Assembly: GCF_964355755.1 (NCBI RefSeq)
Contig: NC_092673.1
Location: 29,943,648 to 30,007,647 of the forward strand
Direction of reading: 5' to 3'
DNA: 64,000 nt
Origin: Antedon mediterranea
Taxonomy: Eukaryota; Animalia; Echinodermata
Below the pieces are notes generated by a model. It was given only the letters and a program-made list of their open reading frames with translations. It was not told where the DNA came from and made no database searches. The position numbers and the translations under genes were made by a program. Positions 49,701 to 61,600 of the stretch are shown in pieces; position 1 is the first letter of the stretch, and every line of letters starts with the position of its first letter.

Positions 49701-51358
49701 AATATTCACAAAACATGGACATTGTTTTGAATATCAACTGTGCTATCAACATTTCACAATAATGCTTTTGTTATTTACATTCATGTTTTGGTACATTTAA
49801 TACCATATAAGGCATCTCTGTATATTTCTTCTCCTTATATGGTCAATGGTTATGGTCTATACTCCTTATATGGTCAATGGTTATAGCTTATACTCCTTAT
49901 ATGATAAATGGTTATAGCTGATACTCCTTATATGACAAATGGTTATGTCTTATACTCCTTATATGGTGAATGGGTATGGCTTATACGCCTTATATGGTCA
50001 ATGGTTATGGCTTATACTCCTTATATGGTCAATGGTTATGGCTTATACTCCTTATATGACAAATGGTTATGGCTTATACTCCTTATATGGTCAATGGTTA
50101 TGGCTTATACTCCTTATATGGTCAATGGATATGGCTTATACTCCTTATATGGTGAATGGTAATGGCTTATACTCTTTATATAGTCAATGGTTATGGCCTA
50201 TACTCCTAATATGGTCAATGGTTATGGCCTATACTCCTAATATAGTCAATGGTTATGGCTTATACTCCTTATATGGTCAATGGTTATGGCTTATACTCCT
50301 TATATGGTCAATGGTTATGGCTTATACTCCTTATATGGTCAATGGTTATGGCTTATACTCTTTATGTAGTCAATGGTTATGGCCTATACTCCTAATAAGT
50401 GTCTGTCTGTCCTCCTTGGTCAGTTGATGTATTTAGTCTTCATCTACCATCGCAATTTATTAAAATTTGTGATTTATTATTATTTATTAGCATTTAGAAA
50501 ATAATATTCTTTTTGTTCCTGAAATGATAGTATAATATTTTTGTATGATTATTAAAATATTCATTTTCATTTCTACTAACCATTTTAACATTTATCATGC
50601 TTGCTATATTTTATTTTCTATATATATACTGTGTTATGCATCTGTTAATATCATGTATACATTTTCATTTTGTTTTAATCATAACTTGCATGTGTTTTTT
50701 TCTTTCTCTCACTATCATTTCATTTACAACTCACATAGACTCGGACGAAGGTGTTTATTTTCCTGTTGCAAATGGCATGCCAATGAGAAGGCTATTGTAT
50801 TCTAGGCGTGGTGATAAATTATAAAAGTGTGTCTTTTGTCTTTATACACCGGTAACATATTTTATGCTTTTTTCTTTTATAAGAGGCAGAACTATTTTTT
50901 ATTTTATAATACTAATTGAAAATATTTGCATAAACAAAATGTAATTACTGTTATCTGTGCACTCTCTATAATATCATTCATTCTCACAATATATTCTGTA
51001 TACATTAGTAGTCAATTTTTTTGTTTTGTGTTATAAATTTATTTAGTTATATTTTTGGGTGAAGATAGGATCTTTCCCCATTTTAATTGTTTTAATACAT
51101 CACCTGACACAACCCTTTTTCTAGTCCAGGTTCAGACTGCGACAAATTGGTTGAAAAAAATGTTCATAATTTTTTTTTTTTGATAAATTTGTCTGCCACT
51201 TTGTTTTATAATCAAGTTTGCTTTTTTTCACAGGTGGCGGACGTCGACCAGTGAGTGCCATGTATCCTTCCCATGGTGCCCCACCACCCCGACAGCCAAA
51301 ACCACAACGTTACAGCGATATGTACGAGTATAATTACCAAACATCAGAGTACATGTAA
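28718..51358 (+). CDS. PROM1: Prominin-1-like (CD133 family) pentaspan membrane glycoprotein, ~999 aa if all tail cassettes are used
   Basis: Coding exons: 28718-29003, 30843-30907, 31150-31355, 32431-32554, 32742-32805, 33183-33278, 33864-34054, 34526-34597, 34711-34851, 35659-35756, 36310-36459, 36915-37038, 37258-37440, 38051-38212, 38681-38752, 39250-39336, 39864-40070, 40782-40871, 41296-41479, 43570-43659, 45010-45075, 49494-49538, 50739-50810, 51234-51358. All introns are GT-AG, phases are consistent, and the total is 3000 nt. Hallmarks: signal peptide, [13 protein letters not shown] after TM1, [23 protein letters not shown]...VC, and NTIWFTLGW...[15 protein letters not shown]. Tail exons are less certain than the core. 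Confidence 0.92.
35038..35632. mobile_element. Kolobok-like non-autonomous element in prominin intron
   Basis: TIR AGACACTAGAC / GTCTAGTGTCT with TTAA on both sides; CpG-rich interior. Confidence 0.8.
38903..39110 (-). mobile_element. Penelope-like pLTR remnant with degenerate hammerhead
   Basis: The minus strand reads CTC-CTGAGGA-CGTTCAAAGAATATTGATC-GAAA-TGTT-GAG. The 3' half recurs at 15495-15550 (+) with intact GAAACGTC. Confidence 0.55.
45174..45552. repeat. Minisatellite, ~42-bp unit, ~9 copies, with an internal hairpin
   Basis: Tandem TCACAAGACTCCTTAAGTTGAGCTAAAATTTACTCAACCTTA. Confidence 0.95.
47604..48177. repeat. Minisatellite, 26-bp unit, ~22 copies
   Basis: Tandem ATAGTGACCTGTTTGCCATGGTGAT(A/G). 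Confidence 0.95.
49830..50395. repeat. Minisatellite, 31-bp unit, ~18 copies
   Basis: Tandem TACTCCTTATATGGTCAATGGTTATGGCTTA. Confidence 0.95.
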
Positions 51359-51806
51359 AACATAAAGAAATTATGTTAAAGCTTTGTTTCCACTTGAACG
51401 TAATGACATAGGCCTAACACAGACGACCGTTCAGATCATACATAGTGTTGTGATTGGTCAAATTACTTACGGTGCGCTTAGATGGTTGTGTTTCGTCCAA
51501 GTCTGAACAAGGCTTTAACCATTCAACTCTGCTGCTGTATCATAGAGTAGAGTACTATCGATGCCTAGCTATTGACAAACAACTATATTTGATTGAAGTA
51601 TTGAGCTGTTTTAAGTACATTTATTTACAGTCTAGATCAATACACTATCCAAAGCACAAAGGACAATTTACACGACGAATGGTAACGATAAGAAGAAAAC
51701 TGGGTAGCTTGTTCATGTTGAATCTACCCTGAGGATTAATTGCCCGTCCGCTCTGTAAATGTTCATAAAGAATAACATAGCTTTCTATATTTTTATTACT
51801 GTTACC

Positions 51807-52156
51807 GCTCGTCTGTGTAAATTGGCCTTAAACACAATACATACATCAATGATATAGCTCGTCTGTGTAAATTGGCCTTAAACACAATACATACATCAAT
51901 GATATAGCTCGTCTGTGTAAATTGGCCTTAAACACAATACATACATCAATGATATAGCTCGTCTGTGTAAATTGGCCTTAAACACAATACATACATCAAT
52001 GATATAGCTCGTCTGTGTAAATTGGCCTTAAACACAATACATACATCAATGATATAGCTCGTCTGTGTAAATTGGCCTTAAACACAATACATACATCAAT
52101 GATATAGCTCGTCTGTGTAAATTGGCCTTAAACACAATACATACATCAATGATATA
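51807..52156. repeat. Perfect 50-bp tandem repeat, 7 copies, derived from the right end of a MITE (51660-51828), in the probable prominin 3' UTR
   Basis: GCTCGTCTGTGTAAATTGGCCTTAAACACAATACATACATCAATGATATA x7. Its first 22 nt are an imperfect reverse complement of AGGACAATTTACACGACG at 51660. Confidence 0.93.
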
Positions 52157-53829
52157 AAAGATTGTCTTAGTTTTACTTTGTATTAATGTATTCATCATTA
52201 TTTTTATAGAAGAGAATTTAAGAGAGCAAACTCAACGTTTGTGAAAAATTCTCTTTTATAATATTAGGATCCAAATGAAATTAATTATTTTTAAAGTCCA
52301 TATATGTAAATATTAATTAATGATGCAATGATTTTTACCAATGTTTACGCTTGTAAGTTGATAATTTGTGTGAATAACGATTATTCTTGATTTTAAATAG
52401 TTTTTATCCAATCAATGGATCAATGAATGGATAAATAAGCATCAATAAAGTTTTTTGTTTTATGTAGATATTTTACCAGGGGTGTGCTAGACACCGTTTT
52501 GAGTTTTAAACATGATTTACTAGTAGATTAACTGTTGTACACATTATGTATGTATTCTAGTGCAATGGGTTTCATAGTGTAATTAGACAAATTAACATGA
52601 AACTCAAAACTTTATTTATTGCCATGACAACACAGCTCTGTCTACACTATCAAACTTTAGTGTGATGTACCCCATATTTGGTAGTGATATGATCATGTCC
52701 ATATATGGACACATCATAAAGGGGATGTGGCTTGATCTCAATGCAAATAAAATAAGTAAAACCTAAATAAAAACTATAAATAAAACAACCAGAATGAAAG
52801 TGTCAACCTTGTGGAAAACACCATTCTTCCTTCATCAAGCCCATTTTACAGGATATATTAATATTTGACAAAAAATACCATAGCAACAATAAATGTATTT
52901 TGATTACGAATGAAAAACCTGGAGTGCAAATTATTTTGAGTCATTTAAATTTTCAAATTAAACCTATGTTTTCTCATTATTACTGTAGTCAAATAATAGA
53001 AGTACGGCCCAGAAACACAACTTTTCTTTCATAATTTGAATTTGGAAACACAGTAACACACAATTTTAATTTATCAATATACGAAATCTGTACCGTTTTT
53101 TGTTTTTTCTTTGCAAAAACACTATCATTAAATAAATACGGATTTGTATTAATTACAATTTAATGAATCCTTATCCTCAATATCTTCTGAACCGAGCGCT
53201 ACGTTACTATATTATTATCTCTCTGTTATGTTGTTGAGTAGCTCGCCCTCTACTGTCTGTCGGTTTTCTGAATATTCAACCAATCAGAAAGCGTTTAGCA
53301 GAATTGTGTTTCAGGCAATCGACAGTACGTGGACGAACTTTGAATGGGTTCTTTTAAAGAAGGTTGTTGTGGAATAATACTATAGTAGGATGTGAATTGA
53401 CTACAGAAATCATAAAGATCATTTACAGGCAGTCGGTAATACCAAACTTGAAGAAGAAGGTATGTTTATAAACCTAGACCTATGTCAAATAATGTTCTGT
53501 GAATAAGGGGGGACTTGGCGGCTTACATCTGGAATGCATGGTGCCAATTACAATGTAGGCCTAGCCTACGTTCAACGCTCACTAAATGTCTGGCCGGCCT
53601 AACTGTTTAAAATGTTAAAACATGTATAGGCCTAGGCAGACTTGGGCGATGTGGCTTTCGACTGAGGAGGCCTACACCCACTGGGTTCGAAATTTTATGT
53701 TTTCCATTAAAACGGTATGTTTCCGAACATAAACGTTTGCCCAAATTGGTTCCGAACCGGTCTGGTAAAAGCACCTAATTTATAATCGTCTTTGTATGAA
53801 ATGAATACAACAGAATTGTAAAAGAAACT

Positions 53830-54250
53830 TGAAATATTAATAAGTTTTCCATTGGTAACTTCCGTACTGAAAATACTACACAAGTTAGAAATCTTGGTGT
53901 AATTCTGGATTCTAATATGACAATGACGGCTCATATTTCTAAAATTACGTCTGCATCGTCATATCATTTAAGAAATATTCGAGGCATTATAAAATACTTA
54001 AATCGTGCAGCTGCTAAGCAACTTGTACATGCATTTTTTAGTTCGCGTCTCGATATGTGTAACTCCTTGTTATTTGGTCTCAAAAAACAAAAACAACTGC
54101 ATAGGCTTCAGCTCATACAAAATGCGGCTGCATGAGTTGTAACTAACCCAAATTTTCGCATATTACTGATAATACAGGCACCTTAAAAGAGTTACACTGG
54201 CTGCCTATTAAACATAGAATTATTTTAAAAATATTGTTAATTGCGTCCAA
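53830..54250 (+). mobile_element. Decayed L2/CR1-group LINE ORF2 fragment (post-RT region)
   Basis: VRNLGVILDSNMTMTAHISKITSASSYHLRNI...LVHAFFSSRLDMCNSLLFGL...LQLIQNAAA*, then a frameshifted LKELHWLPIKHRI. These are canonical L2-type motifs interrupted by a stop and a frameshift. Confidence 0.9.
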
Positions 54251-54828
54251 GTGAGAACCAAGATCTGTCTACACTATCAAACTACAGTAGTTTGACAAAA
54301 AAGTGTGATGTGCCCAAATATGGTAGTGATATGACATCATCAGAGCCGTAGCCAGCGTGGTGCAGACGACCGGGGTGGGTGATGACATTTTCAATTTTCA
54401 TCACCCACCCAATTTCCCTGCACAGATCGTCATATTTGATAAAAATACCATAAATCTTCTAATTGTAACCCTGGGTTATTATTATAGATTGACTTATAAA
54501 GTGGGTTACTATTAGAAGGGGGGTTACTATTAAAGTGTGGGTTACTATTAGAGTGGGTTACTATTTTTTATTTATCAAGATTTACGGTAACAATATTTAA
54601 AGCATCTTTGCCTTGTCTGTTTTTAACCTCTGCGGCCTTGATCATCATGTCCATATACTGTATGGGCACACTATACTGTATCACAAACTATGTTGATAGT
54701 GTAGACAGAGCTTAAGTCATGAGGAACATCAGGCTTAATCCATTGTGCTAACTAATCAAATTTCCGAAAATAGATTCAACAGGACTTTAGAATGTTCCAA
54801 ATGATTGATTCAACCCCCTATTAAGCTA

Positions 54829-54924
54829 CGGGGCGCCGTTCGGGATATTACTATTTTTGTCGATATAATAAAATTAAGTTTGTATTATGTCGACAAAATG
54901 AGTAATGCCCCGAACGGCACCCCG
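54829..54924. mobile_element. 96-bp palindromic Mutator-like MITE
   Basis: Near-perfect hairpin CGGGGCGCCGTTCGGG...CCCGAACGGCACCCCG flanked by a 10-bp direct repeat TATTAAGCTA. Confidence 0.75.
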
Positions 54925-55478
54925 TATTAAGCTATCAACGGGACAATATCTTTTTTGCATTACAAAAACAACAACAAAATGCAAAATTATTATATTCATT
55001 TAGATGGTTATTAATACAAAAAGGATCTTCATAATAATATTGTTTTGGCTTTGTCCAATGCATGACAGTTTCCATTGGAGATATTCCTACAGTAACGGGC
55101 GGGCGGTTATACCCATATATATATTATAATCCCTTGAGAAAAATATTTTTTATTTATGTTACACCCCTAAGCAGGCAATATCTATATAGTAATGTGAATA
55201 GCTCTTTACAATCATAAAATACACTGAATAATTAAAAATAAACGTGTAACATAAAGATTGTGTTCTGTTTCTTTATTTAGATTTACACTCTTATTATAAA
55301 ATACACTAGCAAACAACCGCCTGACCCACAGACAAACTAACCAACAAGTCAGTCTATTGACTAGAGGTCGTTTTTTAATATCCAAACAAATTTGAGAGTA
55401 CACACATATTCATTTGTGCTTTTGACAATGTTGATCTTTAATTCTGGTTTAATATTTCTTGACTGGAATTTTTATTTA

Positions 55479-55657
55479 AACGTGGTTCCCACTAGCGACG
55501 CAACACAAGGACGTAACGCAACGCAAGTGAATTGACCAATCACAAGCGATGGCTTATTCGCTTGTAATTGCTAACTGTCTATAACTTCGCTTGTCATTGG
55601 TTAAAACGCTTGCGTTGCGTTTACGTCCTTGCGTTACGTTCTAGTGGGAACCAAGCT
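55479..55657. mobile_element. Harbinger-type MITE family B (TIR AGCGTGGTTCCCACTAG)
   Basis: ~70-bp inverted arms. Relatives at about 26447-26606, 40412-40561, 41555-41707 and 58547-58747, with weaker copies at 36630-36720 and 51380-51514. Confidence 0.85.
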
Positions 55658-55687
55658 TTAGTATACATTGTAATGTTTTCTTGTTCT

Positions 55688-58600
55688 TCATGACTTCAAT
55701 TCCCCTAAAAGAAACCTAAGATGAAGAAAAAATACATAATGTCAATATCGTGTATGCAAAAATACGTAGCTTTTGAATTTCATGCACAGACATGCTTCAG
55801 TCCTCACTCGACAGTTTTGCTAGACTAGAGAAACAGATGACGACATTATGCGTATGTCATAGGTCATTGCAAATTACAAAGTTTCGTACATCGAATAAAA
55901 GTGGTGTTTGCGCCACAAAAGAGAAAAAAAAAATTTGTGTACATTTAATTATAGAGTTATTATACATTTAATTGTTTGTCGTTTGTTTTTGTAAATAGTT
56001 TTTTTTTTAAAACAATTTATTCAAAGTGATCAAGTTTTCAATTTTAAAATTATTATTATACACTACCATTTATTCCTTGCATTTACAACTTTTTTTCGCA
56101 CCATCCTCTTTTTGTCATCTAAACATTTTCCAAGGAATCGTTTTAATTTCTCCTTATATGGAAAAACCTTAAAAAAAAACATTCATTATTCATTCATTCA
56201 ATGATTCAATGTTCATCACATTAGAATATAATAGTTCTTTTCTTCTAATACAGATTGTCGCCCTGCACTACTATCCCTAAAGCCCTGCACTACTATCCCT
56301 AAAGCCCTGCACTACTATCCCTAAAGCCCTGCACTACTATCCCTAAAGCCCTGCACTACTATCCCTAAAGCCCTGCACTACTATCCCTAAATCCCTGCAC
56401 TACTATCCCTAAAGCCCTGCACTACTATCCCTAAAGCCCTGCACTACTATCCCTAAAGCCCTGCACTACTATCCCTAAAGCCCTGCACTACTATCCCTAA
56501 AGCCCTGCACTACTATCCTTAAAGCCCTGCACTACTATCCCTAAAGCCCTGCACTACTATCCCTAAAGCCCTGCACTAATATCCCTAAAGCCCTGCACTA
56601 CTATCCCTAAAGCCCTGCACTACTATCCCTAAAGCCCTGCACTACTATCCCTAAAGCCCGGAGCACACTAGAGCTATCGCCTGAGCCAACTGGCATGAGT
56701 AACACTTGGCTCACTAAATAATTTGCCGCAAACTGTGATCGCGTTCTATCGGACGCAAACTAAATGCTTCAGTACGCGATTTTCTGATTGGAAAATTACT
56801 AAGCTATACGGCACGTGCTGACATATTATAATAAATCAGAACATGTCATGCGCAGTGGAATTTTTTAGTAAGCTATCTGCTCACGTTCGGCGCACACTTG
56901 AGGAAAATGATGCACGTGCCAGTTGGCTATTAAATCATGTGGCCGATTTCTCACGAAATCCCCGACGCACACTGTGAGCAAAGTGTTACTCGATCGTGCC
57001 AGTTGGATCAGCCAATAGCTCTAGTGTGCGCCAGGCTTTACCAATATAGAGTGGAACAAAACTTACAATGTGATGTGGTAATGATGTCATGTCTCCTATA
57101 CATTCCAATGCAGCAATGCGAACAACCTGTATAAAGAACAGCATATATATTATACTTCAGTAACATGCATATCTCTACAATTGTATGTATACCTAAATCT
57201 GTGAGAATAACTTGTCATGTTTTTTAAAAATATGATGCAATCTTGGAAGGTATAATAACAAACTGGTGTCAGGACAAATTATTAGGCCATAAATGTCTAA
57301 AATATGCAATAATAGTGATTTAATTATTTAATAATTAATAAATCAGATTAAAAAAAATGGATGTGCATGATCAATCATTACTGTAACACTGAGCACTATA
57401 AATGGATGTGCATGATCAATCATTACTGTAACACAATTCCCCCATGCAACAATTTGTTCTTAGGTTATAATCAAATTATCTGATTTGAATGAGATAATTA
57501 TCAGTAAATTTTTCCTGATCTGAAGTGGTTAAACCCCGTTTCCACACAAACTTTATCGGTCAATTTTTGACTGCGGAAACACAGACTTAATAGCAGCATT
57601 TGTATGATGTCATGAGTGATGTCATGCATGATGTCATGAAAATGAAGGGTTTATCTTATCTTACCATAGAATCTTGCCGCTCAGCCAACTTCATCATCTG
57701 CATCAATAATGCATCAACATCTTTTGAAATAACCTGCGGTGCATCTTTTATGAGAGGCAATAATACCTTTAGTGTCGATAGGTTGAGGGTAGTGTCTTCA
57801 CATAGTAAAGAATGCACCATCATTGGAATCAGGGGTGGAAGTTCACTTAATAGAACAGCTTTTGTAACATTTTGAAAAAGGTGCGACATTGCCTGTAAGT
57901 AGAACCTTTTACATTCTGAAAGAAACGAAAAAATATACAAATCAATTTATATTGAGCAAATGTACAGAATAGTAGAGTACAATGTTGTATCCATTTTAAG
58001 CTCTGTCCCCACCATCAAACTAGTTTTACAAAAAAAGTATGATGTGACCAAATATAGTATTGAAATGCCCAAATAAGTGTGATGTGCCAAATATAGTAAT
58101 GATATGACATCATCATGTCCATATATGAGCACATCACATTTTGTCACATAAAGTTTGATAGCGTAGACAGAGCTTTAGTCTGTATTCTAATCTTGTTATG
58201 ATGTAAAAAAAAAAGATTGTTCAAAGGAAATGCTTTAGATTACCAAATATGTACAATAATTTAAAACTAATTGGTATATTCTCACCATCCTTGGCCAACT
58301 GAAATCCAGAAGAAATCTTTGAAATAGTTTCCAAAAAGAAACGCTGGCAATACATAATTTTCACATTAGCGTGGGAGGCTGGTGTCAGCACGTCTTCAGT
58401 CAACACACATTTAAACCCTTCAGCTGCGATGTGGCCAAGTGCTTCATTTCCAAGATAGCTTATCATTGTAGATATAAACTCAGAAGCCATTGAGTGACCT
58501 CTTAACACCAATGCTTTAGTTATCTGAAAGTAGATAGAACAACATAAGCGTGGTTCCCACTAGAACGCAACGCAACGAAGCGACGTATCGACACAAAGTG

Positions 58601-61600
58601 CTGTAATGCGTAATCACAAGTGGGAACCGATGATACAACAGTGCTGGAAAAATTGCAGGTTTGATTTCAAGCAGGTGGGGTAAACACAATTATTGGAAGG
58701 ACATTTTCTTACGTTGTGTAGGTTACGTCGCTAGTGGGAACCAAGCTTAAATTGTACCAAAATGTTTTTTCGTACAGTGAGAAACTTTGAGGATGATGAG
58801 TTACAACCCTATGACTGTATTCACCAATCACACTTAATTTAGATATTTCCTTAAATATATTTCACATAACTCAATAAATATTTAAGTATTTCCCTTAAAT
58901 TGTATTCACTTAGATAGGAGATTTGTTTAAATTTTAAGCGTAAGTGTTTCCCTTAGCCTAAGTGTGAATGGTGAATACAGCCACTGGTCCTAGTTCACGA
59001 TTGAACCTTGGAATTTGGGATTGGAAGGCAAGCATGTTAACCACCAAGCTACAGCTCCACTAATCTTAATCATTATTTTTCATTCAACATATTCTGTAGT
59101 CACACTGTATTAGACAAGCATACTACAGACCGTAGATCTCTAGCTAAAATATGCATTATTTAGCACATTATAATTATTAGACAAATACAATGTCATACCC
59201 AATTCCACGTTGTCATTGCTGTTAAGCTGTTAACTTCTTTATCTTGATGTGTCTCATTTAAAATCACCTCTAACCTTGACTTGTAACTGCTTAATATAGT
59301 TAGCAAGTCCTCATCTGAAATGGAATTATATGTTTGTAGATTATACTGCACATGTTGTATAGGAATATACAAAATACTATGATACTGTACAAGGGACATA
59401 CAGTGCCCCTCAAGATGTAAATCCACTTTTGGGGATTAAGAGGAATATCCCTGGTACCATAATGATTTGGTTTTTGTTTGTTCTTCTGTGTTGTTTTTTT
59501 TATGTATGGTATCGAAATAAACCAAATCAAATAAGGCAAAACAGCTGTTTGCATTATAGGTTATATAAAAAAAACAACAGAAAATGTTCCTAGGCTTATG
59601 AAATCATATTGGGAAGTCACAGATACAAATTGTTGTCAGCATTTTCATGTGGGTAATATATTGTGAAAGAAATGTTATGGCACTTATTATGCTAATCTAT
59701 TATGTGTTTCTACCACTACCTGATTGGCACTTGTTCAGTATAGCTGCTAGGCACTGAGCTGCCGTTGTTTGTGTGTAACCATGATCACTTTCTGTTGCCA
59801 ATGTAAACAATTCTTCTCTTAATTCTGGCTTGATGAGTTCAATTGCATCTTTGTGTACAGAACAGACTGTTGCTAGGATAATTGATATCAACTGGGTTTG
59901 TTGCCATGGTGATTTAACCTATGATTAATCATTTCAATATCAATAGATATATTATGAGAGATATGTTTTGGTAAAGAGTATTTTGTGTTTGTAAACATGA
60001 AGAACATACTTACAGATAAAAGTTTGAGGTCAGGGTCGTCAGTCCTGAAGCCAAAACTGGTAAAGTCATTGGTAGCAATGCCTTTCAGTACACTTTTACT
60101 TAAATCTTCAGCAAGTCTGAAGTAAAATAACACACACACAAAACTTAAAACACTGAAACCAGATAGAATATCAGATAAGGAACTGGTAAAGAGCAAGTGT
60201 ACACATCCGGCTTGTGTGCACTTGTATATCTTTCGGAAAGAGTAGGGTTACCCCGGTATTCTGAACAATAACACAAACAAAATTCCCACTTACATATAAA
60301 AAAATGTCTATATATATTATTATTTATTTATTGCCGGTCCGCCAGATAGTCTGATGACTTTCCCGCCTCGGCTGCTTTGCTTATATCTCAGATTATATCT
60401 TTTATACTATTGATCCTAGGAGTTAGTGCAGTTGATGACTGTTTATGAAGGGTGATCAGGTCATAGAGTTACCGGTAGTGTGGATCATGGTCGTCCTCTA
60501 TACTTTTGTTGCTTACAGTTTTAAAAATAATAGTTTATTGCTTTATTGGCTGGAACTTGCAATCTGAGGATGTTTCCGAATAGCCGCTATCGTGATTCCA
60601 AAATGACCAATCAGATTGGTCTTGCCTTACACCTATCATATAATTTTATGTTTTTGATGTCTATATACAATATATTTAATATGAAATATTTAAAAAATTG
60701 AGTTGGGCGAACAACCCTACCAGTTGAATTGATTCGTTACAGATTTGTCCAATGTGTGAATGAAGTGGAAAAGGAACTAACAGTGACAGGTATTATTAAA
60801 AAACAAGAGATAACACTAACCGTACATCTAACATTTGTGATATGCTCCTAATAATCGATGTACAGTGTTTAACAATATTTTCTTGCATGAACAGCTCCGT
60901 TGTTTCTTCAGTAACTGTACAACTTCTCACCAATTTTTCAACCAATCGTGGAATTAATGACTTCAGGTAAAATTCAATATCTGCATGATTGTTATTTGTT
61001 TTCTCCACAATAACAAGTATAGATTGGAGTGAAGTAGATATGATGTTTTCACTGTCAAAATCTATTCAATATGAAATTGAAAACAATACAATTTAGATAT
61101 AGATATAATAATTTAAAAAACTGAATTGTGATTATGATTTATAAGAAAAAAGAACAATGTATTAATGAAAATGATTAGTTCTTTTCTTTTTAAATCCTGT
61201 ATTTTGTTAATGTTATTTTTTATACTTGTACTTAATTTATTTCAATTTTTCTTGTACTGTAAATAGGCCTATTGTTAAATCATATTTTTCCCTCTAACTT
61301 TTATTTTACTTACTGTACTATGGACGAACCTTCATTCAAGAAGTGTGCCACTGTTTTAAAAGTGTAGCTTCCAAATAAATTATTATTATTATATTGTTTA
61401 GAATCTTAACCAACTATGACATCCTAATCACAAAGATCAAAAGATCTCAATTTCATCACATATTACCTTTACCAATACTAAAAATATAATCCAGCAGTAA
61501 TGGAATAATTGAGCGGATGAGGTCAGAGTACGTTGCTATAGTTGCAAGCATGTTTATAATTGATTCTGTTGATACAGGACTATTTTGATTTTCCATGGGA

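Noticed and set aside
47576-50427. Repetitive ORFs ([14 protein letters not shown]..., [17 protein letters not shown]...)
   Set aside because: They are translations of the 26-bp and 31-bp minisatellites in prominin introns.
53917-54135. 72-aa ORF as a host gene
   Set aside because: It is a fragment of a decayed L2-type ORF2 with an in-frame stop and a frameshift.
60345-60400. CTGATGA as another hammerhead core
   Set aside because: There is no stem II followed by GAAA on that strand. The same applies to CTGAGGA near 60564.
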